DNA of 64,000 nt from Vulcanimicrobiota bacterium (GCA_963786105.1 CAWAXX010000018.1:32001-96000); one strand, 5' to 3'; positions 9,902 to 20,500 are shown, counted from the first letter of the stretch. Translations and numbers: made by a program. Notes: generated by a model from the sequence alone, not told the origin.

Positions 9902-11259
9902 GCCGGCTTTTTGGAACCGACGGCGTACGCGGAGTTGCAAACGCCGAGCTCACCCCCGAGCTGACGTTTCGCATCGGTCGCGCGGGAGCGGCCGTGCTGG
10001 CGCATTCCAGCGATCGTCATCGTCCGGTCGTCGTCGGTCGCGATACGCGGCTTTCGGGTACGATGCTCGAGGCGGCGATCGTCGCCGGCATTACGTCGGT
10101 GGGACGCGACGCCGTTTCGCTCGGCGTCGTGCCGACGCCGGCCGTTGCCTGCGTCACGCGGCGCGAGGGAGCGGCCGCCGGCGTCATGATCAGCGCGTCG
10201 CACAATCCCATAGCCGACAATGGCGTGAAATTCTTCGGGGCCGACGGGTACAAGCTTTCCGACGAAATCGAACGCGAGATCGAGTCGCTGATCGACTCGT
10301 CGGACCTCCCGCGGCCTACCGGAACCGGCGTCGGCGTCGCGCGGGTGTCGCAAAATCTGGCGCGTCACTACTATCGCGAGCTGTACGAAAGCCACGCCGA
10401 CCTGCACGGGTGGCACGCGGTCGTCGACGCCGCGTACGGCGCAGCGTTCGCAATCGCTCCCTACGCGCTGCGAAAGCTCGGAGCCACCGTTACCGAACTG
10501 CACTGCGAGAACGACGGCGCGCGCATCAACGTCGGCTGCGGCGCCACCGATCTGCGAACGCTGCAGGCGGCGGTTCGCGAAAAGATCGACGCCGGCGAGC
10601 GGCGCGTCGTCGGGGTGGCGTTCGACGGCGACGCCGATCGCGCGCTATTCGTCGACGAAACCGGGAGCATCGTTAGCGGCGACCACGTCATGTTCGCCAT
10701 CGCAAGCGACATGCACGCACGCGGCGAGCTTAAGCACGACGCCGTCGTCGGTACCGTGATGAGCAACATCGGATTCGAACGCGCGCTGGGCGCTTCGGGC
10801 ATCGCTTTGGTGCGTGCGCCGGTCGGCGACCGGTACGTGTTGGAGCGTATGCGCGAAGGTGGCTATTCCCTCGGCGGAGAGCAGTCGGGTCACATCATCG
10901 ACTTGCGCAGGAACACCACCGGAGACGGACCGATGACCGCTATAACGCTTCTCGGAATCCTGGCTGCGAGGCAGACGACGCTTCACGACCTCGTCGCCGC
11001 GGTCGTACCAGCGCCGCAAGTTCTCGTTAACGTCAAGACCGCGCGCACCGACGTACTCGAGGTCGCCGGCGTGCGCGACGCGATCGCTGCGGCTCAGGCC
11101 GCGCTCGAAGGCACTGGGCGCCTTTTCATCCGGGCGTCCGGCACCGAGCCGCTGATCCGAGTCATGGCCGAGGGCGACGACCGCCAGCTTGTCGAGCAGG
11201 CCGCTGCTCGGGTCGCTGCCGCGATAGAGCAGGAGATCGGGGGCTCAGCCCAAACCTAG
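9898..11259 (+). CDS. glmM: Phosphoglucosamine mutase
   Basis: FGTDGVRG, MISASHNP, FDGDADR, GGEQSGH, RASGTEP. Confidence 0.96.
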   Translation: MSRLFGTDGVRGVANAELTPELTFRIGRAGAAVLAHSSDRHRPVVVGRDTRLSGTMLEAAIVAGITSVGRDAVSLGVVPTPAVACVTRREGAAAGVMISASHNPIADNGVKFFGADGYKLSDEIEREIESLIDSSDLPRPTGTGVGVARVSQNLARHYYRELYESHADLHGWHAVVDAAYGAAFAIAPYALRKLGATVTELHCENDGARINVGCGATDLRTLQAAVREKIDAGERRVVGVAFDGDADRALFVDETGSIVSGDHVMFAIASDMHARGELKHDAVVGTVMSNIGFERALGASGIALVRAPVGDRYVLERMREGGYSLGGEQSGHIIDLRRNTTGDGPMTAITLLGILAARQTTLHDLVAAVVPAPQVLVNVKTARTDVLEVAGVRDAIAAAQAALEGTGRLFIRASGTEPLIRVMAEGDDRQLVEQAAARVAAAIEQEIGGSAQT

Positions 11260-11269
11260 CCGCGTGGTC

Positions 11270-11296
11270 CAAATCCTCAGGATTTGCGGTTACAGT
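11270..11296 (+). promoter_or_regulatory. Perfect palindrome CAAATCCT-C-AGGATTTG followed by a -10-like TACAGT; candidate operator/promoter of the riboswitch transcript
   Basis: 8-bp arms at 11270-11286; TACAGT at 11291-11296, about 15 nt before the riboswitch. Confidence 0.4.
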
Positions 11297-11311
11297 ACGC
11301 CTGCACAAGAT

Positions 11312-11445
11312 CACTGAGTCAGATCCCACGAAGGATCTGAGCGGGGGATTCCCTGGTATGGGGTGAGTGAGCCGGTCCGGCTCTAGGGCGACTCTTTTCC
11401 GTCCGAACCCGTCAACTAACCTCGCAAGTGTCGTGAAAGAGGAGC
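11312..11445 (+). ncRNA. Cyclic di-AMP (ydaO/yuaA) riboswitch
   Basis: Conserved blocks CTGAGTC..GCGGGGGA..TGGGGTGA..TAGGGC..CCGAACCCGTCAACTAACCTCG; lies upstream of an NlpC/P60 gene, the typical target. Confidence 0.88.
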
Positions 11446-11454
11446 TATTTTTTC

Positions 11455-12075
11455 TTGCGTCACGCGTTAGCTGCTTGGGCATTTGCCCTTTCGATCGCGA
11501 TTTCGAGCGCGGTCGCGCTCGCCGACTCAAAGCCCAACGCCGATTCCCCCGAAGTCATCTACTCGCAATCCGCGCTCTCGCGCGGAGTCGACGCCCAGGC
11601 CGTCAGCCCGGACGTCGCCGAGTGGACCTCGCACCTCGTCATGAGCCAGCCCGCCCACCATCAGGGCGGCATCGGCCGGTTCGCCGGCGGGATCCTCGCG
11701 CGCACCTCAAAACTCGCGCAAACGCTGGCTCGGAGCGCTTTGCGTTTCCTCGGCACGCCTTACGTCTTCGGGGGAACGAGTACGTCGGGATTCGACTGCT
11801 CGGGTTTCGTTCAGCACGTTTTCGGAATGCTCGGCGTCGGGCTCCCGCGCACGGCGGACGCGCAGTACGACGCCGGGAAGCCGGCGATCGGTGGTCCGCG
11901 CACCGGCGACCTCGTCTTTTTCGATACGTACGGCGGCGTTTCGCACGTGGGGATCTATCTCGGGAACGGTGAGTTCGTTCACGCCAGTTCGAGCCACGGC
12001 GTCATGGTCAGCAAGCTATCGGAATCGTACTGGGCGTCGCGGTACGTCGGCGCGAAGCGCATCGCCACGCACTAA
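11455..12075 (+). CDS. Secreted NlpC/P60 (C40) peptidoglycan endopeptidase
   Basis: Signal peptide; GTPYVFGG, FDCSG, SHVGIYLG, FVHASS. Confidence 0.92.
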   Translation: MRHALAAWAFALSIAISSAVALADSKPNADSPEVIYSQSALSRGVDAQAVSPDVAEWTSHLVMSQPAHHQGGIGRFAGGILARTSKLAQTLARSALRFLGTPYVFGGTSTSGFDCSGFVQHVFGMLGVGLPRTADAQYDAGKPAIGGPRTGDLVFFDTYGGVSHVGIYLGNGEFVHASSSHGVMVSKLSESYWASRYVGAKRIATH

Positions 12076-12084
12076 CGGCCGAGC

Positions 12085-12115
12085 TTGACAGGGGCACCGT
12101 CCCTCAAGCGATAAT
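12085..12115 (+). promoter_or_regulatory. Sigma70-like promoter for tRNA-Gln
   Basis: TTGACA (12085-12090) and GATAAT (12110-12115); the 19-bp spacer is longer than optimal. Confidence 0.5.
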
Positions 12116-12140
12116 CTGCCTTGCCGCGCCCGGACAGTAG

Positions 12141-12212
12141 TGGGGTGTCGCCAAGTGGTAAGGCAACGGACTTTGACTCCGTCATTCGTTGGTTCGAATC
12201 CAGCCACCCCAG
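12141..12212 (+). tRNA. tRNA-Gln(UUG), CCA not encoded
   Basis: TGGGGTG/CACCCCA acceptor stem, D loop AAGTGGTAA, anticodon loop CTTTGAC, GGTTCGAATCC T arm. Confidence 0.96.
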
Positions 12213-12217
12213 GAATC

Positions 12218-12349
12218 GCGGTGAGCACCCCGGTCTCGGGACGCGCGCATTTTCGGCTCCGTCCGAAAATGCTGCTCGCTTCGTCGGCGCTCCCGCCATC
12301 CAGGACTCCGCGCCTCCCTCAGACGCCCTCGCCCGAGGGTGCTCGCCGC
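12218..12349 (+). repeat. Structured element with long terminal inverted repeats (MITE/REP-like)
   Basis: GCGGTGAGCACCCCGG pairs with CCGAGGGTGCTCGCCGC; internal 10-bp hairpin GCATTTTCGG/CCGAAAATGC. Confidence 0.55.
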
Positions 12350-12414
12350 TTGCCCCATCTCAGCGCCCATCGGAGTTCCCACGGCAACGCCGCCGAGTCG
12401 CCATGGATTAAACC

Positions 12415-13377
12415 ATGAGCCCGTCCATCGTATCGACGTTGCATGTGACCAACGGCGATTCCGTGCTGCACGTTTTTAAGAAGGCCGGGATTCTCGGTAC
12501 CCACGCGGCATGGCGCGACGCGCTCAACGAAGGACCGGTGCCTGCGGGGCTGACGCTCGAAGAAACAAGCGCGGTGCGTGCGCGTTATCTTGCCGAGCGC
12601 GGGTATGCAAAACCGATCAAAATCATTCACGAGTTTCAATCGCGCGACGAACAAATTCGCCAAGCCGGGAAGTTTGCGGAAGTCGTGCTCTGGTTCGAGC
12701 ACGATTTGTACGATCAACTCCAGCTCTTGCAAGTACTCACGACGTTGCAGGAGATGCAACTCGAGCCCGGACGAGTGACTCTCGTGCAAACCGATCGTTA
12801 CCTCGGAACGATGACGGCCGAAGAACTCTCGCCGCTCCTCCCGCGACGGCGCATCGCCACCGCAGCAACCTTCAAGTCGGCGCGACGAGCGTGGGAGCGG
12901 TTCACGTCGCCGTCGCCGGCCGATCTCTTTGCGGCCGCGCAAGAAGATGCCATCGGCCTGCCGTTTCTGCGCGCGGCGCTGCAACGGCTCTGCGAAGAGT
13001 ATCCACTCCGGCAGGACGGGCTGTCGCGCTCGCAGCGCCAGGCCCTGGCGGCGATCGCGCAAGGCCCCGCAGAGAACGCCGAACTCTACGCTCGCGCGCA
13101 AGCACGCGAAGAAGCCAACTTTCAAGGCGACACGGCTTTCTACCGCATGCTCGACGATCTGCGCGACGAGCGCGCACCGTTGGTGACGGGAGAAGAAGGT
13201 CACTTCGAACTCACCAGCCTTGGACGGGTCGTGCTGGCCGGCGACGCAGATTGGCTCGAAACGTATCCCATCGACCGCTGGGTCGGCGGGGTGCATCTGT
13301 CGGGGACGCAAACGGTACGCTGGGACGAAGACGCAAGACGGTTCGTCGAAAACGCGAGCGAAGGCGCGGGCTCGTAA
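12415..13377 (+). CDS. DUF1835-like protein
   Basis: LHVTNGDS, WRDALNEGPV, VVLWFEHDLYDQLQL, DRWVGGV. Confidence 0.8.
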   Translation: MSPSIVSTLHVTNGDSVLHVFKKAGILGTHAAWRDALNEGPVPAGLTLEETSAVRARYLAERGYAKPIKIIHEFQSRDEQIRQAGKFAEVVLWFEHDLYDQLQLLQVLTTLQEMQLEPGRVTLVQTDRYLGTMTAEELSPLLPRRRIATAATFKSARRAWERFTSPSPADLFAAAQEDAIGLPFLRAALQRLCEEYPLRQDGLSRSQRQALAAIAQGPAENAELYARAQAREEANFQGDTAFYRMLDDLRDERAPLVTGEEGHFELTSLGRVVLAGDADWLETYPIDRWVGGVHLSGTQTVRWDEDARRFVENASEGAGS

Positions 13378-13397
13378 GAAGGAGAACCCGGTTAAGA

Positions 13398-13769
13398 GTG
13401 CCGCACGACGAACTGAGCATCGACCTCAAATCTGAAAACCGCGGAGGGGCATTGCTCTTCAAACTGCGCGGCAGCCTCGACCTCGCGACCTCACCCACCG
13501 TGCGGGCCGCCTTGAGCGACGCGCAACAGACGAAGAAAGACGTCGTCGTCGATCTTACCCACCTGGAGTTTCTGGATTCCACCGGTTTGGGGGCCCTCAT
13601 CGGCGCACACCGTCGCGCCACCGAAGGTGGCGGTTCGCTGCGGCTAATCGTGAACCATGGACCGATACTGCGCCTATTGACGATTACGGGATTGATTCGC
13701 GTCCTGTCGGTGTACCACAGCGTCGACGACGCGCTCAACGATCAGGCGCGCGTTTCCGCCGCTTTATAA
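13398..13769 (+). CDS. STAS-domain anti-sigma factor antagonist
   Basis: LRGSLDLAT, DLTHLEFLDSTGLG; GTG start inside the longer ORF 12510..13769. Confidence 0.9.
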   Translation: MPHDELSIDLKSENRGGALLFKLRGSLDLATSPTVRAALSDAQQTKKDVVVDLTHLEFLDSTGLGALIGAHRRATEGGGSLRLIVNHGPILRLLTITGLIRVLSVYHSVDDALNDQARVSAAL

Positions 13770-15049
13770 GCCAGATACGCCTCGTCGAGAAGCTCGACGA
13801 CGTGTTTCACTTGCGCTTGGTAACCCACCGCGCGCAGTCCCGCAGCGACTTGCAATGCACATCCCGGATTCGCCGTCGCGACGACGGTCGCGCCGGTTGC
13901 GCGAATGTGTGCGACCTTTCGCCCGCGCAAGCGACCTGACATCTCAGGCTCGGTAAGATTGTAGATTCCGGCGCTGCCGCAACATACCGAACTCTCGCCC
14001 ATTTCTACTAGCTGCAAGCCCGGAATTTTCTCAAGAAGGCGGCGAGGAGCGCCGCTAACTCGTTGAGCGTGCACGAGGTGACACGGCTCCTGATAGGTCA
14101 CAGCCGCGTCGATTCGCCCCAGACGCGGATCGAGTTCCATCGCGTCGAGCACTTCGGTGACGTCGCGCACGCGGTCGGAAAAGCGTTCCGCCCGAGCTCG
14201 CCAGACTGGATCGTCGGCAAAGTAGCGCGGGTACTCCTTGAGTGCCGAGCCGCAGCCGGCCGCGTTGGCGACGTAGACGTCGGCCCCGCTGTTTTCGAAC
14301 GCTTCGACGTTCCGTTTGGCGAGTTCGCGCCCAAACTCGAGCTCGCCGGCATGAACCGCTATCGCGCCGCAACACCCTTGATCGGCGGGAACCACCACCG
14401 AAAGGCCGGCGCGTTTCAACATGCGCACGGTCGCTTCGTGAACGTTGGGGAACGCGACCTGCATCACGCAGCCGACGTGCAAGAACGCGACGCCCTGCGG
14501 ATCGAACGCGTCGTAGCGCTGTCCCCGCGCCCGGAAAAAACGCCCTGGAATTTTCGGCGCGAGTTTCGCCGCATCGCCCAGGCCGAACGCGCCGGCCAGC
14601 GACGCCAAGCCGGAGCGCTGCGCCAAGCGAAGGAGTGACGCGGCAGCGCGCATGAAGTCGAGGCGTGCAAAAAGCGTTTTTAGAAGAACGCTCCGCAGCC
14701 GCCGCGCGCGGGGAGATTCGGCCGGCTCTTGCGCGCGGCGAATCTGCGTGCGTGCGGTTTCCACCAGTTGCCCGTAGGCGACCCCCGACGGGCATACGGC
14801 TTCGCAGGCGCGACAATCTAAACACTCCGACATCTGCTCGACGAATCCGTCGCTCAGCAAGTCGAGGCGCCCTTCGGCCACCGCTTTCACCAGGCTGATC
14901 CGGCCGCGTGGTCCCGAGGTTTCCGTCATCGTCTCGAGATAGGTCGGGCAGGTGGGCAAGCAGAGTCCGCAGCGGATGCATTGATTGAAGATCTCCGCCG
15001 ACGGTCGATCGCGATCGCTAAAGCCTAGTGGCGCGTGCAAGCTTGTCAC
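13742..15049 (-). CDS. glcF: GlcF-like Fe-S oxidoreductase (2x[4Fe-4S] plus 2 CCG domains)
   Basis: CIRCGLCLPTCP, CLDCRACEAVCPSG, CCGA, CCGSAGIY, TANPGC; GTG 15049 inferred as start. Confidence 0.8.
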   Translation of the reverse strand: MTSLHAPLGFSDRDRPSAEIFNQCIRCGLCLPTCPTYLETMTETSGPRGRISLVKAVAEGRLDLLSDGFVEQMSECLDCRACEAVCPSGVAYGQLVETARTQIRRAQEPAESPRARRLRSVLLKTLFARLDFMRAAASLLRLAQRSGLASLAGAFGLGDAAKLAPKIPGRFFRARGQRYDAFDPQGVAFLHVGCVMQVAFPNVHEATVRMLKRAGLSVVVPADQGCCGAIAVHAGELEFGRELAKRNVEAFENSGADVYVANAAGCGSALKEYPRYFADDPVWRARAERFSDRVRDVTEVLDAMELDPRLGRIDAAVTYQEPCHLVHAQRVSGAPRRLLEKIPGLQLVEMGESSVCCGSAGIYNLTEPEMSGRLRGRKVAHIRATGATVVATANPGCALQVAAGLRAVGYQAQVKHVVELLDEAYLAYKAAETRA

Positions 15050-15216
15050 GTTCGCCTTTTTGCGACCGAAGTTCTCTTGCTCGCGCTGAGGCGAAGCTAC
15101 AAAAGTCGCCCATCCTCGAGCGCGGTCGAGAAGGTGCCCGGGAGCCGCCGCATCTATTTCAGGCAAGCTCTCGTTGAGAGCTGTGAAAACGTTCGTCGAA
15201 AATCCTCGGAGGAAGC

Positions 15217-16209
15217 GTGAAAAAGCGAATCAAGGTTGCGATAACGGGCGCGGCGGGGCAGATCGGATACGCACTGCTCTTTCGAGTCGCTTCCGGCCAA
15301 ATGTTTGGACCCGAAACGGAACTCGAGCTCCAGTTGCTCGAGCTCGAGCAAGCGCTTCCGGCGCTGCAAGGCATCATCATGGAACTGGACGATTGCGCTT
15401 TCCCGCTGCTCAAAAGCGTTCGCTACACGTCGGACGTGAATGAAGCGATGAACGACGTCAACTGGGCGATCCTGGTGGGCGCGATCCCGCGCAAAGCCGG
15501 TATGGAACGCTCCGATCTGTTACGCTTGAACGGACAGATTTTCATTGGACAGGGTCGCGCGATCAACGATCGCGCCGCCGAAGACGTGCGCGTATTCGTG
15601 GTGGGCAACCCGTGCAACACCAACTGCTTGATCGCCATGAGCAACGCGCCGCGAGTCCCGCGAGATCGCTTCTTCGCGATGACGACGCTCGACGAGCTGC
15701 GCGCGCGACAGCACCTGGCGAAAAAAGCGGGGGTCGACGTTTCCGAGGTCTCCCAGATGGTCGTCTGGGGGAATCACTCGACGACGCAGCACCCGGATTT
15801 CGCGCACGCGAAGATTGGCGGCCGGCCGGCCCTGGAGGTCATCGGCGACCGCGACTGGCTCGAGGGCGACTTCGTCACGACGGTGCAGAATCGCGGCGCC
15901 GAAGTCATCAAGGCACGCGGGGCGTCTTCCGCCGCTTCGGCCGCTAACGCCGCGATCACGGGAGTGCATAACCTGACTCACGACACGCCCGCGGGTGAAT
16001 ACTACTCGGTCGGGCGATATTCGAACGGCGAGTACGGCATCGACCCCGGCCTGATCTTCTCGTTCCCGTCCCGCACCGAGGGCGGCGTTTCGCGGATCGT
16101 CGAGGGCATCGCCCACGACGAATTCGGTTCGAGAAAGCTTCGCGAGACGCTCGAGGAGCTGCGAAAGGAGCGCGACGCGGTCAAAGAGCTCGGTCTGGTG
16201 CCGGTCTGA
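15217..16209 (+). CDS. mdh: Malate dehydrogenase
   Basis: [41 protein letters not shown]. Confidence 0.96.
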   Translation: MKKRIKVAITGAAGQIGYALLFRVASGQMFGPETELELQLLELEQALPALQGIIMELDDCAFPLLKSVRYTSDVNEAMNDVNWAILVGAIPRKAGMERSDLLRLNGQIFIGQGRAINDRAAEDVRVFVVGNPCNTNCLIAMSNAPRVPRDRFFAMTTLDELRARQHLAKKAGVDVSEVSQMVVWGNHSTTQHPDFAHAKIGGRPALEVIGDRDWLEGDFVTTVQNRGAEVIKARGASSAASAANAAITGVHNLTHDTPAGEYYSVGRYSNGEYGIDPGLIFSFPSRTEGGVSRIVEGIAHDEFGSRKLRETLEELRKERDAVKELGLVPV

Positions 16210-16246
16210 CGGACTCGCGACGACGTCGGGCGAAAGCCCACAACCT

Positions 16247-16711
16247 ATGAGCAGTCCTCACGGGGACGAACCCGAACTCGACCTGATCCACGTGAACGTG
16301 GCGTCGCCGGCCGGTGCCTACACGGTCGGCAACTCGGCGTTCTTCCGGTATATCGTGCGACTGGTCGAGCTGGGTCTGCCGCTCGAGTATCAAGATCAAG
16401 AAGCCGTCGAGATTCTCGGCGCGATCCCGCACGCATTCGAGCAGGAGCAGGAGCTGCCGCGAAGTTCCGGACGCGGTTGGCGGATCGTGCCGGCGCAGGG
16501 TGAGCTCGACTGGCCGGTTCTCGAAGCAACCCCGGAGCGTCTGCACAGCGCCTTCGAGCGAGCGCGCGGGATTCTATGGACGCACGCCGCACAATTCCGC
16601 GTCAGCGCTCGCGAAATCACCGCGATCGAAGAAGAGCTCGATGCCGTCTACGGCGTCCTTATGCGCGCCGAGGCCGCCGGCGTCGCGGTCAACATTTCCT
16701 ACGTCGCCTAG
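16247..16711 (+). CDS. Hypothetical protein
   Basis: 154-aa ORF with ATG and natural-looking composition, filling the gap after mdh. Confidence 0.7.
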   Translation: MSSPHGDEPELDLIHVNVASPAGAYTVGNSAFFRYIVRLVELGLPLEYQDQEAVEILGAIPHAFEQEQELPRSSGRGWRIVPAQGELDWPVLEATPERLHSAFERARGILWTHAAQFRVSAREITAIEEELDAVYGVLMRAEAAGVAVNISYVA

Positions 16712-16724
16712 CTTCGTCTGCGCG

Positions 16725-17573
16725 TTGCCGCTGCGCGGCGCGGGCGGCGAGCCCGTTTCGTTCGAGCGGACGATTTCGTCGCACGGATGTGCCCATCTGC
16801 CACCGGCAACGTTTCAGGAGTCGCCGCTGCAGTACCGGCGGTCCTTTCGTTTGGGCGACCGCGTGGTCGAGGTTAGGATGCGCGAAGAACGCGGAGACGT
16901 CGTCGTCGAGAGTTCCACGCGTCTGCCGCTGCGCGACCGCGAGCGCGTCGACGGCCTCGTCGCGCGCATGTTTCGGCTGCACGACGATTTGTCTCCCTTC
17001 TACCGGCGCATAGCGGACGACGAACAGTTGAGCTGGGCTGTCGTCGGCGCGGGGCGCTTACTTTCGAGCCCTACGGTCTTCGAAGACGCGGTGAAGACGA
17101 TTTGCACCACGAACTGCGCCTGGTCGGCGACGATTCGGATGACCACGGCGCTGGTCGAGCGAGGCGGCGGGGCCTTTCCGGAACCGCACGTGCTAGCAGG
17201 AACGCCGGATGCATGGTATCGCGACGTTGCACGCATGGGTTACCGCGGTTCGTACGTCAAGTCGATCGCGCGCGACGTCGCCGCCGGCACGCTGGACCTC
17301 GAATCTCTCTTGCCGGCGCGCGGGCGGAGCGACGACGACGTCGAGGAAACGCTGCTTTCGCTGCCGGGAATCGGTCCCTACGCAGCGGCGCACGTCATGC
17401 AGTTGCTCGGTCGGCATCGCCGTCTCGTCCTCGACTCGTGGACTCGTCCGGCCTATTTACGCCTAGCGAAGAAGAAGCGCGCGGCCGATGTGACGATCCG
17501 GCGAGCGTTCGCGCGCTACGAGGAACACGCCGGTCTGGCGTTTTGGCTATTCCTGACCCGCGATTGGGTCTGA
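16725..17573 (+). CDS. HhH-GPD-superfamily DNA glycosylase (AlkA/Ogg-like); start uncertain
   Basis: SPTVFED..K.ICTTN..W, FPEP, MGYR, LLSLPGIGPYAA HhH motif, DSW. Confidence 0.8.
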   Translation: MPLRGAGGEPVSFERTISSHGCAHLPPATFQESPLQYRRSFRLGDRVVEVRMREERGDVVVESSTRLPLRDRERVDGLVARMFRLHDDLSPFYRRIADDEQLSWAVVGAGRLLSSPTVFEDAVKTICTTNCAWSATIRMTTALVERGGGAFPEPHVLAGTPDAWYRDVARMGYRGSYVKSIARDVAAGTLDLESLLPARGRSDDDVEETLLSLPGIGPYAAAHVMQLLGRHRRLVLDSWTRPAYLRLAKKKRAADVTIRRAFARYEEHAGLAFWLFLTRDWV

Positions 17574-17581
17574 CACGACCG

Positions 17582-20500
17582 TCACAGCCGTATCTGCACC
17601 GAGCCGGTAATCTGCAAAGGTTCGCTGACGCCGAGAAAACCCGTGTTGTTTCCGTTAAACCAGAAGTCGTACGGATACTTCATCTGTGGCGGCGGCACCG
17701 GCGAGTTGTGATTCGGGTAGAAGTTCCCGGAAGGATAGAAGAATCCGGTCGGTGGGCCCGAGTAGACGCAGACCCACGGGTTGTCCCATGCGAAGCCGCG
17801 CTGACCACACACGTCTAGGATATTCGTGAAGCTAAGCCGTGCCGTAATTCTGGGAGTCGCCTCGTATGCGAGCGAGATTCCCATCTGTAGTCGCCATGGC
17901 TGCGTGAACGCGCCAAGATTGTCGAACACGCCCGTATAGGAATCCGGAATGAACATTACGCCGGTGCACTGCGCCGGGTCGGGGGTGATTCCGTGCTTGG
18001 AGCTCCAGATTCCGGGCGCTTTCAGACACGAGTTTGGTGTGTATCCCGGCCACGCGGTGGGTGCACCGTACGAGGCGCCCGACGTGAAATTCCAGAATTC
18101 GTGATCGAGAACTTTTGGTGCTTGTAGTTGAGGATCAGGGTCGTGACGTACGGAACGGCATAACCGTTCTCAGCCGAGACCGGTCCCGGAATGACGTCAT
18201 AAGTCGTGTACCAGGCGCGATCGGCAAAGATGTTCTGATATGGCTGATTGTAGTAGGGGTTGCGCACAACGCCCGGCTGAGCACAGTTCTTTGTACCGGC
18301 GCCGCCCGCATCCGCATAGAAGTAACAGGGAGACCCGCCGCCCTTTTTCGTCCACGCATCGTACTGCTTGATATAGGTATTGAGCTGGTCGATGACGTTT
18401 TGCGATGTGCCGGTGAAATTCTCATACCTAATCTGGCTGTGGGTATAGGTGAACGCCAGCTGCCCGCTCAAACCATCGCGGCTGAAATCGCCCTTCTGCA
18501 CTGCGAGCTCGACACCGTCGGTTACCTGGTTCCCGACGTTCAGTCCCGACTCGAGGCCGCCTTGCGGATCGATGAAGAAGTTTTGCAGTTGATCGCGCGT
18601 GCTGCGATAAAACGGACTGATCTTGAAGCTCCAATCCGTGCCTTTCATCCGGTGCTCCCACGAAAGGTCGTAGTTATACGATGTGTCGGGCCGAATGATG
18701 TGCTCGGGCGTATTGAATCCGTATCCGTAAAAGTGGTTACCCAAGTACGACGGCAGGTCTTGCTGAAGCACGTTGTACTGCACCCACGATGCGTTCGGAG
18801 GGCGCGCGTAGATACCGAATGAAGCGCGCAGGACGTCATTTGGATTGAGCGTGTACGTGACGCCTAGCCGGGGTTCGAAGCGCGCTACGGTGTATTGGCC
18901 GCCGCTCGTGTTCTGGAGCGCACCATAGGGAGACTGCGCCAGCGGGACGGTTCCCGTCGGACAGGGTCCGAGACCGTTATTCGTGCGATCGACCGGCTTG
19001 TTATTGTTTTGTCCGATGCCGAAGCAAAACTCGGCATTGTATGCGTTGAACCAGAACTGCCGAGCCGGATCGTTCGGACTCGTGTCGGCGAAGATGTAAC
19101 CAAAGTCTTCCAAACGCAAGCCGAGGTTCACGTTCAGGCGATCGTTCGGCCGCCACTGGTCACCGATCGAGTAACCGGAGACTCCCGTATTCACGCGATT
19201 AAGACTCCCGTGGAACGAAGTATTCGTCGCCAGCCACTTCGGGTCTACGCCCGGCGCGCATGCGGCCAGGTGCGGATTTCCGGCGCAGGAATAGCCGATC
19301 GGAGGCGTCGGATTGGTTGTCGTTCCTTGCGATTGGTCGTAGCAGCCGATCTGGTTACCGCTCGATGGATCGTAGCACTTGCCGTTGGTGCCGACGTAGC
19401 TCGACAGCGGCCAGCTCGTCGGGAAGAACGTGACGTCGTAGCGCTCCATGTTCGAATGCGTATAGGCCGCGCTGGCGGTCAGAAGGTTCTGCGAGTTCAG
19501 CTGATTTTCGTAGCTTAGGTTGAAGCCGTAGACGTGGTCGGGCAGAAAATACGGCAACTCCCAGCCGTAAAAGGGTTGCGCGGTCGAGTTGTAACCGTTG
19601 ATGAACCAGTTCGAGTAGAGCGAGTATCCGTACACGCGAAGGAATTCGCTCGGAGAGAACACGTGCTGGTATTGCAGTTTCGAGACCGAGACTCCGTTGT
19701 CGTTCGGATCGCGAATTGAGTTTGGAAGAGCGCTCTGCCACGCATGCGGTTGACTCTGCGGGAAGAAATACTGGTAGATTTTCGCCGGATCGACCGGTTT
19801 CATCGGTGAGCCGCCGTAACCGTACGTGTCGTCCCATACCGGCGCGCCGTAGACCGCGTTGACAACGTTATGGCCGAAATCGTTGGTCGAGCTGTAATAT
19901 TGGACCACGTTCTCGCTTGTCAGCCAAAAGGCTTGAACGTCATCACGCAGAGCGCTATGCGGATGTGCAATGCCGAAGTGAAGATTGATGATGTCGTCGC
20001 GAAGCGCTTGTGACGTCAGGCCGAATGCTAAACCCGTCGTAAAAAGCACCGGCGACAGAGTACCGGTATAGACCGAACCGTTGGTCACGTTTTGCCCAGT
20101 ACAGCTTGTCGGACCGCACGTAAAGCCCGGGACGGCGCTCACGGGATAGAAGAATGAGTTCGGAATGTTGGAACCGTTGTTGTTATTGATGTAGCGGAAG
20201 TCTTGGTTGCTGCCCCCAATGCCGACGTAATAACTGAACATTCGGTCCGGCGTCGAGCCGCCGGCTTCGATGGAGGCCTGGTGGTAGAAGGCCGGATAGC
20301 CAGCGCTCAGCTGAGCGGTCGCGTAGCCCGGAGAAGTCCCCGTCTTGACTACCTGATTGATGTATCCCGAGATGCCCTGAGCGTCCGAACTCGCCGGGAC
20401 GCCGCCGGTGTAGACCTGGACCTCTTGACTGCCCAGACTCGACAGCATTGTCTCCGGCGCGTTGTCGTACACGCGGTTAACCGGAATGCCGTCGAGCTCA

